A stretch of 32,000 nucleotides of DNA from Cylindrospermopsis raciborskii Cr2010 (GTDB lineage: Bacteria > Cyanobacteriota > Cyanobacteriia > Cyanobacteriales > Nostocaceae), in NCBI RefSeq assembly GCF_003367075.2, contig NZ_CP065936.1:1350001-1382000 (forward strand), written 5' to 3'. Shown here piece after piece: positions 9,220 through 18,071 of this stretch (the stretch's first letter is position 1; the number at the start of each line of letters is the position of its first letter). Below the pieces are notes generated by a model. That model was given only the letters and a program-made list of their open reading frames with translations. It was not told the DNA's origin and searched no databases. The position numbers were made by a program, and so were the translations under genes.

Positions 9220-9579
9220 ATGTCTAATAATCGTTCCGGAATATTTATTGGTGGTGTAATGCTGGGAGCTACAATTGGAGCTTTAGCAGGCTTGCTTGTT
9301 GCACCCCGTACAGGCAAAGAAACCCGTAAGCTCTTGAAAAAATCTGCGGATGCTTTACCAGAATTGGCAGAGGATATATCCACCAGTGTGCAAATACAAA
9401 CAGATAGACTCTCCGCTAATGTAGTTAGAAACTGGGATGACACCTTAGATAGGTTGCGAGATGCGATCGCATCGGGAGTAGAAGCTACACAAAGGGAAAG
9501 AGAGTCATTAAAGAGAGTAAAATCTCATAATGCTGATGAAAATCCAGATCATCTCCACCAAAATCCAGAAAGTCTATAA
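9220..9579 (+). CDS. YtxH domain-containing protein
   Basis: GIFIGGVMLGATIGALAGLLVAPRTGKETRKLLKKSADALPEL, typical YtxH motif. Confidence 0.85.
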   Translation: MSNNRSGIFIGGVMLGATIGALAGLLVAPRTGKETRKLLKKSADALPELAEDISTSVQIQTDRLSANVVRNWDDTLDRLRDAIASGVEATQRERESLKRVKSHNADENPDHLHQNPESL

Positions 9580-9593
9580 ATTATAGTGTCACC

Positions 9594-10001
9594 GTGATTG
9601 ATCCTTTATTTTGGCTGGGACTATCTTTACTATTAGTAGCTACTAGTCTAAGTGTGGTATTGGTAGTAGCCATACCTGCTGTACAAGAATTAGCACGAGC
9701 TTCGCGCAGTGCTGAAAAGTTCTTTGATACTCTTTCTAGGGAGTTACCCCCCACCCTAAAAGCTATCCGCAATACGAGTTTAGACATCACAGATTTAACT
9801 GAAGATGTCAGTGATGGAATTAAAAGTGCGGGTCAAGTAGTTAGACAAGTAGATCAAGGTTTAAATACTGCTAAAAAGCAAGCTGATAATGTGCAAATTA
9901 GCACTCGCAGTCTCTGGGTTGGTGTGAGAACTGCCTGGAAAACCTTTACCAATCAAGGATCTAATAAACGTAGCCTACAGGGAATCCGCACCAAATCATG
10001 A
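9594..10001 (+). CDS. DUF948-like membrane-anchored protein
   Basis: N-terminal membrane helix, then SAEKFFDTLSRELPPTLKAIRNTSLDITDLTEDVSDGIKSAGQVVRQVDQGLN. Confidence 0.7.
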   Translation: MIDPLFWLGLSLLLVATSLSVVLVVAIPAVQELARASRSAEKFFDTLSRELPPTLKAIRNTSLDITDLTEDVSDGIKSAGQVVRQVDQGLNTAKKQADNVQISTRSLWVGVRTAWKTFTNQGSNKRSLQGIRTKS

Positions 10002-10175
10002 CTCAAGCTATACGTATATACCCCATAACTGGCAATTTTTGGGAATATTGGTTTTTGATGGTTTAAGGTGATCAGATTAGGGTAAAGTAAACAATTGTAA
10101 AGAAATATCACTTTTCTCGTAACCTAAAAATAGCAGTTGTTTACTCTCACCTTTAATATTCGTATAGAAAATTCC

Positions 10176-10985
10176 ATGCAGCGTTCTTTTTGCCAAAAAA
10201 TTCTAGTATCCATTGCAGTCTTTGTTTTTGCTGCATCCATTTGGGTAACGAACTCACCATTAGCTCTAGCTTATGAAAATCCCGATTTGCTACCTGATAC
10301 CTTTACCCCAGTAGTTGACCTAGCCAAAACCTTACCTGATCCACAGGAAGAAAAGTTAGTAAAGGAATTAGAGCAGTTTGAGGTGGATACTGGCTGGAAG
10401 TTGCGGGTATTGACTCAATATGACCGGACTCCAGGGAGAGCAGTAATTAAATACTGGGGACTAGATGATAAAAGTATTCTCCTAGTTGCAGATGCACGTG
10501 GTGGTAACATTCTGAGTTTTAGTGTGGGAGATGCAGTTTATGAGCTCTTACCGCGTACATTTTGGATTGAATTACAAACTCGTTTTGGCAATCTCTATTT
10601 TGTGAGGGAGAATGGTGAAGATCAGGCTATTTTACAAGCACTAAATTCGGTGAAAGGTTGTTTAGCTCAGGGGGGTTGTAATGTGGTTCCCGGATTACCC
10701 AAAGAGCAATGGATACTTACCCTCATTACCTCAGCTATTGGCGGGATAATTTGCGGATTTGCAGCCCAACCTCGCAATGATAAACAAGTGTTTGCTTGGC
10801 AATGGGCGTTAATTTTTTCACCGTTGTGGGGAATTTTGTTTATTGCTTTTGGTATTGCTCCTGTGATTACCCGTACCAGTGATTGGGTTCCCTTGGTCCG
10901 CAATATTTCGGCCTTTTTGATAGGTCTGTTGGTGGCTTATCTTTCCCCCGTTTTTAGCCGTCCTGTTTCTAGGAATGAGTCTTAA
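10176..10985 (+). CDS. psb32: TPM-domain protein, Psb32-like, with signal peptide and C-terminal membrane helices
   Basis: YENPDLLPDTFTPVVDLAKTLPDPQEEKLVKELEQFEVDTGWKLRVLTQYDRTPG...WGLDDKSILLVADARGGNILSFSVGD. MQRSFCQK is a plausible start; the track start is 10137. Confidence 0.72.
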   Translation: MQRSFCQKILVSIAVFVFAASIWVTNSPLALAYENPDLLPDTFTPVVDLAKTLPDPQEEKLVKELEQFEVDTGWKLRVLTQYDRTPGRAVIKYWGLDDKSILLVADARGGNILSFSVGDAVYELLPRTFWIELQTRFGNLYFVRENGEDQAILQALNSVKGCLAQGGCNVVPGLPKEQWILTLITSAIGGIICGFAAQPRNDKQVFAWQWALIFSPLWGILFIAFGIAPVITRTSDWVPLVRNISAFLIGLLVAYLSPVFSRPVSRNES

Positions 10986-11098
10986 ATTTAGGAATGGTGA
11001 AGTTGTTCATTTTTTCCTCACGCTGAATTTTTCCATAATTTCAGTGTTTGTATTAATGATTGAATTTCACCATGCCACCAGTTTTTAAAAACTATAGT

Positions 11099-12451
11099 CT
11101 AAAAAAGGCTATCAATGGTTTCGTAGTCATACTCTGCTATAACTTCATTAAAAACTGCTGTAGCTGTATCTCCATCTAGTTCTAAATCCCCTGCTAATTG
11201 AGACCAATATTCATATTCTTCATCGGTGAAGTATTCGTCAGCAATAGCAAACTCCACAGACATTTGAAAAGCTTCTATTGCTGCATCTTCAGCAAGAATA
11301 ATTTGTATGGCAGCATTATATAGCATTTCTAATCCACCAATTTCTACCAGACTATCAATTTTTTCTTGCAGCAGTTCTGTGTCAATCTCATAGGTTTCAT
11401 ACAGTCCCATCAATAACTCTGATTCTTCCTCAGACAAGTCATCTACAGACGCACCACATAAACAAATTACTGCGATCGCTTCTACTAGTGTTAAATAACA
11501 GCTTTCCTCTTCTTCTTGTTCCTCTTCCTCATAAAATTCTTCGTCAAAATCCTCATCCTCCTCCACCCAAACATCAGCAGTTAAATCAAAGTCTGTTGTC
11601 CCTTTAATTTTCCAGCATTCAAAGCAGAGGTCTGGGTTGGTCATATACTCATAAGGAATATAGCAATATCCTGAGTCCCCCCATTCCTCACCCCAGGAAT
11701 TCCGGACAATAAATACTTGAGCACTATCCTTATATCCAACGCAAAGCATAGCGTGATTCCCATGCTGTTCTCTACCCTCATCACTATTTAGATCTGGCAT
11801 AGGAACTCTCCCCTGGGCTGTAACACGATCAAAAGATTTAAATAAAACTAGCCCAAAAATAAAAGGATATCCTTCTGCTAAGCAGTGCTTCATTGAGTAT
11901 ATGTCAGGATTAACTTGCTCTGGAGTTTCCCATTGAAAATCCTCAATACTAGTTAGTTCTGCAGCTTCACTGTAAGCCTCATAACTAGGTTTGGTATTGA
12001 CGTTTTTAACTTTGCCATTTTCTGCTATATGATAACTCCAAGTTGACTCGTGACAAATACCCTGCTCTTGCAAACTAACCAATGCTAGGGAAATATTGCT
12101 TCCCTGGTCTTGAATTTTATCACCACCGGAAGCCTCTATTCCTAGCAATCGTGCATTATAATATACAAAAAGACGACTGAAATCAACATCTTTGCCTAGA
12201 CGGTTCATTATATACTCATAGCCACCAACAACTGCATTGGCTGTACAACTGTTGGCACCTGCTTGATTTTCTACAGGGGTCATAAAGGGACGGAGATCCA
12301 CCTGTGGTGGTAGTTCTTCTTCGCTAAACCTCTGTGTATCGTAGAGTTGAGAACCAGGAATTCTTGAAGGGGAGGAGCTACAACCGCTCAGTGCTCTCCA
12401 TTCACCTGTTTTGCGATCTACAACGTAGGATAATACAGCTTTTTTAGACAT
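11099..12451 (-). CDS. C1 (papain) family cysteine protease with acidic linker and helical, possibly TerB-like C-terminal region
   Basis: Catalytic regions VENQAGANSCTANAVVGGYEY (Q...C), REQHGNHAMLCVGY (H) and FIVRNSWGEEWGDSGYCYIPYEY (N), followed by EEDEDFDEEFYEEEEQEEEES and a helical tail. Confidence 0.85.
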   Translation of the reverse strand: MSKKAVLSYVVDRKTGEWRALSGCSSSPSRIPGSQLYDTQRFSEEELPPQVDLRPFMTPVENQAGANSCTANAVVGGYEYIMNRLGKDVDFSRLFVYYNARLLGIEASGGDKIQDQGSNISLALVSLQEQGICHESTWSYHIAENGKVKNVNTKPSYEAYSEAAELTSIEDFQWETPEQVNPDIYSMKHCLAEGYPFIFGLVLFKSFDRVTAQGRVPMPDLNSDEGREQHGNHAMLCVGYKDSAQVFIVRNSWGEEWGDSGYCYIPYEYMTNPDLCFECWKIKGTTDFDLTADVWVEEDEDFDEEFYEEEEQEEEESCYLTLVEAIAVICLCGASVDDLSEEESELLMGLYETYEIDTELLQEKIDSLVEIGGLEMLYNAAIQIILAEDAAIEAFQMSVEFAIADEYFTDEEYEYWSQLAGDLELDGDTATAVFNEVIAEYDYETIDSLF

Positions 12452-12577
12452 AAACTCTGATGTGGATTGCCCACAAAAATAATTATCAAAATTCTATATT
12501 AGGTATGCTATGAAATGTCACACAAAAAATTTGTAATTCCTCAATAATTCCCTGGTAGATTCTATAACCTCATGCTT

Positions 12578-13234
12578 TTAATTTGGACTAGGTTCAGCAA
12601 ATGAATGATTAATCGCTTCCAGCAGTTCCCTGGGATGATCAATCAAAAAGTCAGGATTTTCCCTAGCTAGTGCTTCAGGAGAATTAAACCCCCAAGTAAC
12701 TGCTATAACTTGCACATTGGCTTTTTTAGCTGCTTCTATGTCTCTGGTTTCATCACCTACATAAATGACAGTCTGGGGCTTAATTTGTCTTTGTTTAATT
12801 ACACTACTCATGATAGTATTCTTACCAAAAATTGTTACCCCCGAATGAACAAATTCAAATAGATTGTCCAACTGATGACACTTGAGAAATTGATGGACAT
12901 TCTCTTGTGCATTAGAGGTAATAATCCCTAATTTATATCCCTGATTACTTAGCTCTCTTAGTGCTTCAGGAATTTCTGGTATGGGTTGTAAATCCTTGAT
13001 TTTATTTTTTAATTCTCCTTTCACTCTTTTAACTAAAAAGGGTATTTTAAATAGGGATACACCTGAATACTTAATAATTTGTCTAGCAGTTAAATTTCTT
13101 AATAGTTTTAATTCCTTAGCAGATATTTGCATATAGCCAAACTCCCGGGCTAGACGATTAGCAATTGTTACCAAAGCGTCTAATGTATCTGCAATTGTGC
13201 CATCAAAGTCAAAGATGATTACTTTTTGAGTCAT
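12578..13234 (-). CDS. HAD-superfamily hydrolase, phosphoglycolate phosphatase-like
   Basis: VIIFDFDGTIADTLDALVTIANRLA, LGIITSNAQENV, VIYVGDETRDIEAAKKANVQVIAVTWGFNS. Confidence 0.9.
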   Translation of the reverse strand: MTQKVIIFDFDGTIADTLDALVTIANRLAREFGYMQISAKELKLLRNLTARQIIKYSGVSLFKIPFLVKRVKGELKNKIKDLQPIPEIPEALRELSNQGYKLGIITSNAQENVHQFLKCHQLDNLFEFVHSGVTIFGKNTIMSSVIKQRQIKPQTVIYVGDETRDIEAAKKANVQVIAVTWGFNSPEALARENPDFLIDHPRELLEAINHSFAEPSPN

Positions 13235-14183
13235 TATTTAGTTTCAATGTGGTAAGATTAGCACGGGCATTTCTACGTAACATTTTTGGTTTAATCCGTC
13301 TCAAAGCTGATGCAGGAAATTTTTCACTCCACTGCTCATCAGTGATCCCCGATAATTCTACCAGATTGGGTGCTAAATTTCCAGGATAGGGATGAAAATC
13401 TACCACATCTGTTACTTGAGAAAACCGCTGATTCCAAGGACAAACATCTTGACAAATATCACAACCAGCAACCCATCCTTGTAAATTTCTTTCTATGTTT
13501 GTTGGCAGGGTTTCTCCTCTATTTTCAATGGTATGATAGGCAATACACTTATTGGCATCTACAACAAATGGCTGGGTAATTGCTTGTGTTGGACAAGCTT
13601 CTATACATCTATTACAAGTACCGCAGTGTTGGGTAGCTGGAGTATCTCCCTCTAATTCTAGATTAGTTAATACTTCACCTAAAAATACCCAGGAACCATA
13701 TTCCCTAGTAATCACATTACCGTTTTTGGCAATCCAGCCAATACCCGCTTTCTCAGCCCAAACTTTGTCCTGTATGGGTCCTGTATCCGCATAATATCTG
13801 GCTTTTATACCCTCACCCTGTGATTCTAACCAGGTGGCTAATTGTTTGAGCTTTTTATGCAGAATTCTATGATAATCTCTCCCCCACCCATAACGGGATA
13901 TCTTCCCATACTCTCCCCCCAGGGGACGGGAATGGGGTGTATAATAGTTTATCGCTACACAAACGAGCGATCGCACTTCTGGCATGAGTAATTTTATATC
14001 TTCCCGTTTTGGATTGGTCATCCAATCCATGTCAGCATGATAACCCAGACTTATCCATTTCCTCAACCTTTCCTTTTCTTTACTCTCCACCCCCAATACA
14101 ACTGCGACACCAACTTTATGGAATCCTAATTTATAGGCTTTTTCTTTAATGGTATGAGTACTTAAGCTAGTTAAAGAGGACAT
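13209..14183 (-). CDS. queG: Epoxyqueuosine reductase QueG
   Basis: HADMDWM, VINYYTPHS-like AINYYTPHS, RYGWGRDYH, AEKAGIGWIAKNGNVI and two 4Fe-4S motifs: CGTCNRCIEACPTQAI and CDICQDVCPWNQRF. Confidence 0.93.
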   Translation of the reverse strand: MSSLTSLSTHTIKEKAYKLGFHKVGVAVVLGVESKEKERLRKWISLGYHADMDWMTNPKREDIKLLMPEVRSLVCVAINYYTPHSRPLGGEYGKISRYGWGRDYHRILHKKLKQLATWLESQGEGIKARYYADTGPIQDKVWAEKAGIGWIAKNGNVITREYGSWVFLGEVLTNLELEGDTPATQHCGTCNRCIEACPTQAITQPFVVDANKCIAYHTIENRGETLPTNIERNLQGWVAGCDICQDVCPWNQRFSQVTDVVDFHPYPGNLAPNLVELSGITDEQWSEKFPASALRRIKPKMLRRNARANLTTLKLNNDSKSNHL

Positions 14184-14294
14184 GTGGACACAGGAGTTAG
14201 GTAGTTTGATTATACAACAGATAACAGATAGCGAAAAACCCTAGTCTAAAGTTTGGAGTATAATGGAGTTGTTCCTAAGCAAGGATGAAAAACA

Positions 14295-15077
14295 GTGAAC
14301 CAAGCGGAAATTAGTACTCTCATTAGACAACAAATGGAACAACTAATTGTGGAAGACCCTGTGATCAAGAATTTGATTTTAGGTTCCATGTCGCAATATT
14401 ATATTGGAAGACAAGACGCGGATAGTAAATTCGACCAGACTCTGGCACAATTGCAGTCTTATCAGGAAGAGCAGAATCGTAAATGGGAAGAGCAAAATCG
14501 CCACAATCGTGAAATCATGGCACAATTGCAGTCTTACCAGGAAGAGCAAAATCGCCACAATCGTGAAATCATGGCACAATTGCAGTCTTACCAGGAAGAG
14601 CAAAATCGTAAATGGGAAGAGCAAAATCGCCACAATCTGGGAATTTTAGAAGAAATTAAACAAATGAACCGGAAACATGAAAGTACAGTTGGTTCCCTAG
14701 GTTCGCGATGGGGTTTATCATCGGAAGCAAGCTTCAGAAATGGACTAAAAGGAATTTTAAAAGATTCTTTTGGCGTGGAAGTGTTGAACTTCCTTGATTT
14801 CGACAATGAAGGAGAGGTTTTTGGCAGACCAGACCAGGTGGAAATAGATGTGATTATCAAAAATGGTTTGGTAATTTTATGTGAAATTAAATCCTCGATT
14901 GACAAAGCAGGAATGTATATCTTTGATCGGAAAGTAGCATTTTATGAAAAACATCATCAAAGAAGAGTTGATCGGAAATTAGTAATTTCTCCCATGGTAG
15001 ACCCAAGAGCTTTGTCAGTAGCACAAAACTTGGGGATTGAGATTTATAGCTATGCTGAAGATGTAAATAGGATTTAG
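14295..15077 (+). CDS. Coiled-coil protein with C-terminal PD-(D/E)XK nuclease-like domain (DUF3782-type)
   Basis: GRPDQVEIDVIIKNGLVILCEIKSSIDKAG gives a D...ExK pattern; N-terminal helix MEQLIVEDP; long Q/E/N-rich repeat region. Confidence 0.75.
   Translation: MNQAEISTLIRQQMEQLIVEDPVIKNLILGSMSQYYIGRQDADSKFDQTLAQLQSYQEEQNRKWEEQNRHNREIMAQLQSYQEEQNRHNREIMAQLQSYQEEQNRKWEEQNRHNLGILEEIKQMNRKHESTVGSLGSRWGLSSEASFRNGLKGILKDSFGVEVLNFLDFDNEGEVFGRPDQVEIDVIIKNGLVILCEIKSSIDKAGMYIFDRKVAFYEKHHQRRVDRKLVISPMVDPRALSVAQNLGIEIYSYAEDVNRI
14445..14648 (+). repeat. In-frame tandem repeat with 75, 54 and 75-bp units
   Basis: Units 14445-14519, 14520-14573 and 14574-14648 all begin GCACAATTGCAGTCTTA(T/C)CAGGAAGAGCA; the middle unit lacks the 21-bp KWEEQNR block. 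Confidence 0.92.
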
Positions 15078-15502
15078 TAAACCGTCCATAAAGGAATAGT
15101 CGTTTCCAGTTTGAGACAGTTAGCACCATTGACCTGTAAATGATATTCAACCTTATCCATCAACCGATTCATAATCAGCCAACCATAGCCACCTTCTTGT
15201 TTTTGTTCAGGATGGGGAGGGAAGTAGGTGGTTATGTCAAAACCATGTCCATAGTCCCAAACTTCAATAGCTAGTTTCTGATCTGTCAGTTCCAGACGCA
15301 ATAGAATTGGCACATTTGGTTTATCTTTGTGAGCATGACGAACCGCATTTGAATATGCTTCAACTAGTGCAAGACGTAAACGACTGGATTGGTTTGACCA
15401 ATCCAGAGAATCCCTCAAATGTTGTTTTAAGTATGCCAACAACCAGTTTTCGACCGTGTTGACAAAACTTAAATCACTGGGTACATAAAGTTCACTTTTC
15501 AT
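15074..15502 (-). CDS. RsbW-like anti-sigma regulatory factor / serine kinase (HATPase_c_2)
   Basis: RLALVEAYSNAVRHAHKDKPNVPILLRLELTDQKLAIEVWDYGHGFD...GGYGWLIMNRLMDKVEY: N-box and G-box. Confidence 0.88.
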   Translation of the reverse strand: MKSELYVPSDLSFVNTVENWLLAYLKQHLRDSLDWSNQSSRLRLALVEAYSNAVRHAHKDKPNVPILLRLELTDQKLAIEVWDYGHGFDITTYFPPHPEQKQEGGYGWLIMNRLMDKVEYHLQVNGANCLKLETTIPLWTVY

Positions 15503-15505
15503 CGT

Positions 15506-17182
15506 TTACAAAATTTCCAGAGAGAGAATGGTCTGATCATCTTCTTGGACAGGATTATCGCTTTGAATTTGAGCGATTAGCTGTTCAAGGGACAAAGGTT
15601 GAGGTTGTTCCCGTATAAGTTGCCAAATACCTTCTTGATTTAGTATAGACCAAGTTAGTGCCTGAGTGCCACTGTTATTTTTAATTAGTGATTTGGAGCT
15701 TATTGTTACTTTTGCTTCCGTAATACCGTCGCTCAGAAGTAGAAGGGTGTCTTTTGGAGCGAGAATTAATCTACCAGACTGTGATGACAGCTCAGGGAAA
15801 ATCCCCAGAGGTACACTGCGGGTTGTGAGATATTGAGGTTGGGCTAGAGAAGCTGGATATGACCATAATAGGGGATAAATGTGTCCAGCATTAGCATATA
15901 TGAATTCTCGAGTAGTTTTATTATATTTGGCAATGACAAGAGTAATTAAATAGTTTACACTGATTAGGTCTTCAGCTAGAGCATAGTTGAGATTTTGCAA
16001 GACAATATTTGGCGGTGGTGGTGATTCCTGAGATAATTCACGACGCAAAAGAGAAATAGCACTAGCCATAAATAAAGCTGCAGGTACACCCTTACCGGAA
16101 ACATCACCCACTGCTAACCACAGTTCACCAGATGGATGGAGAAACACCTCAAAAAAATCTCCTCCCACTTCTCGTGCGGGGTAACAGCACGCCTGTATTT
16201 TCAAACCGTCAATTTTTGGTAAAGTTTGACGCAGCAGATTGTTTTGAATTTGACGTGCTACTTGCAGTTCTTGGCGAGTCTGTTCTTGTTTCTCTTTTAA
16301 GCTTTGGTCAAGCTTGGACTGGGAAAGGGCCAGGGATGCTTGTTTGGCTACATCTCCAATCAGTTCTATATCCTCCTGCTCCCATGGTATTTCCACAGTG
16401 CATTTACACAGGGTCATTACGGCTAGTAGATCATCCTGATAAGAAAAGGGAACGATTAAATAATGGGCGTGATTGACCTTATCTGTATATTGAACTACTT
16501 GATATTTTCTCCCCAATATAATTTTTTGAATTAAGCTTAATGACTCCTTGGGTAAGTCAGGGGTTAGACAATCAAAATCACAATACAAAAATATAGATGT
16601 TTTTAGGATATCACCTTCTACTAACCTTAGCAAACAACTACTAGCTGCAAATTTCTCTCCAATTGTAGCTACCATTTTATCAAGGGTACTTGTATAACTA
16701 TGGGAATCTCTAAGTATCTTAGTAATAGCATTAAATAAAGACTCTCTTTTCAAAGCCTGACGTAACTCTCTGGTGCGAGTTTTTAATAAATTGTAAGTAT
16801 CCCTTCCCCGTTCAACTAATGCTCTAAGTTGTTGGGGTTTCCATGGTTTGGTAATATATTTGAATACTCGACCTGAGTTAATTGCATCTACTAAATCTTC
16901 CACATCAGTATAAGCAGTAAGAAGAATGCGAATGGTATCAGGAAAACGTTCAACAATTTGACTAAGAAATTCTGTACCCTTCATATCTGGCATTCTTTGG
17001 TCAGAAATAATCACTGACATTTCTCCCACCTGATCCAAGATAGTCCAAGCATGACTGACACTGTTAGCTTTATAGACTTCAAAATCACGCCAGAAAGTGC
17101 GATACACCAGGTCTAGATTGTCCGGTTCATCATCCACCACCATTAATTTAGGTTTTTGCACATCATTGTCGTAATTAACCAT
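15506..17182 (-). CDS. Response regulator - GAF-like - SpoIIE/PP2C phosphatase
   Basis: PKLMVVDDEPDNLDLV and VIISDQRMPDMKGTEFL receiver; central GAF-like region; REVGGDFFEVFLHPSGELWLAVGDVSGKGVPAALFMA and LLLLSDGITEA. Confidence 0.9.
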   Translation of the reverse strand: MVNYDNDVQKPKLMVVDDEPDNLDLVYRTFWRDFEVYKANSVSHAWTILDQVGEMSVIISDQRMPDMKGTEFLSQIVERFPDTIRILLTAYTDVEDLVDAINSGRVFKYITKPWKPQQLRALVERGRDTYNLLKTRTRELRQALKRESLFNAITKILRDSHSYTSTLDKMVATIGEKFAASSCLLRLVEGDILKTSIFLYCDFDCLTPDLPKESLSLIQKIILGRKYQVVQYTDKVNHAHYLIVPFSYQDDLLAVMTLCKCTVEIPWEQEDIELIGDVAKQASLALSQSKLDQSLKEKQEQTRQELQVARQIQNNLLRQTLPKIDGLKIQACCYPAREVGGDFFEVFLHPSGELWLAVGDVSGKGVPAALFMASAISLLRRELSQESPPPPNIVLQNLNYALAEDLISVNYLITLVIAKYNKTTREFIYANAGHIYPLLWSYPASLAQPQYLTTRSVPLGIFPELSSQSGRLILAPKDTLLLLSDGITEAKVTISSKSLIKNNSGTQALTWSILNQEGIWQLIREQPQPLSLEQLIAQIQSDNPVQEDDQTILSLEIL

Positions 17183-17276
17183 ACTACTGGGCTGAAAAAG
17201 GTCAAAAGTTTCCGAAAAACTTGATAAACTAGTGTAAAGTTTGGTGTGAGCTTAGTTTAGTCTAATTTAAAATACG

Positions 17277-18020
17277 ATGTTAACCTATCAGTCACCTGAA
17301 AAATTTTCCGTTTTGGGGTTACCGGTTCATGTGGTGGAAAATTACCCCCATTGGTTAGTAGAGTCTCTTCAACAGGGTAGAGGAACCCATGTGGTGACTC
17401 TCAATGCGGAAATGACTATGCAAGCTAGACGGAACCCAAGTTTATCCACAGTTATTGAAAACGCTGACCTGGTTATCCCAGATGGCGCAGGAGTGGTATT
17501 GTATTTACGTTTCATACTCAAACAGCAGGTAAAGCGTTTTCCTGGTATTGAATTAGCAGAAGGTCTACTCCAAGAACTAAGTAAAAAAGCACCATCTACA
17601 AAGGTATTTTTTTATGGCGGATCTCCAGGAGTAGCAGCTAAAGCTGCGGAGTTTTGGCAACAACAAGTTCCTAATTTGAATTTTGTCGGTACTCACTCTG
17701 GATATCATTCCCCAGAAACTGAAAAAATATTACTGGAGACTTTAACGGAGTTACAACCTCAAGTCATTTTTGTAGGCTTAGGAGTTCCTCGTCAAGAACT
17801 ATGGATCGCTAAAAACCGTACCCTATGCCCTCAGGCGATATGGATTGGGGTGGGCGGTAGTTTTGATATTTGGTCTGGTGGCAAAACCCGTGCACCCCAA
17901 TGGTTGGCAAATAATAATTTAGAATGGCTTTATCGTTTATATCAAGAACCTTGGCGCTGGCGTCGAATGCTTTCCTTACCAGAGTTCTTATTTCAAGCTC
18001 TAACTTCAAAAAACCATTAA
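17277..18020 (+). CDS. WecG/TagA/CpsF family glycosyltransferase
   Basis: HVVTLNAEMTMQARRNPSLSTVIENADLVIPDGAGVV, PQVIFVGLGVPRQELWIAKNR, GVGGSFDIWSGGKTRAPQWLANNNLEWLYRLYQEPWRWRRM. Confidence 0.93.
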   Translation: MLTYQSPEKFSVLGLPVHVVENYPHWLVESLQQGRGTHVVTLNAEMTMQARRNPSLSTVIENADLVIPDGAGVVLYLRFILKQQVKRFPGIELAEGLLQELSKKAPSTKVFFYGGSPGVAAKAAEFWQQQVPNLNFVGTHSGYHSPETEKILLETLTELQPQVIFVGLGVPRQELWIAKNRTLCPQAIWIGVGGSFDIWSGGKTRAPQWLANNNLEWLYRLYQEPWRWRRMLSLPEFLFQALTSKNH

Positions 18021-18071
18021 GATGGAAACCGTTGGGAGCATTTCTCCATATAGATGCTCAACTAATCAAGG

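Noticed and set aside
14379-14633. Antisense repetitive ORFs (14379-14633, 14404-14649) in the tandem-repeat region
   Set aside because: Alternative-frame readings of the 75/54/75-bp repeat; the plus-strand 260-aa gene with a nuclease-like domain explains the DNA.
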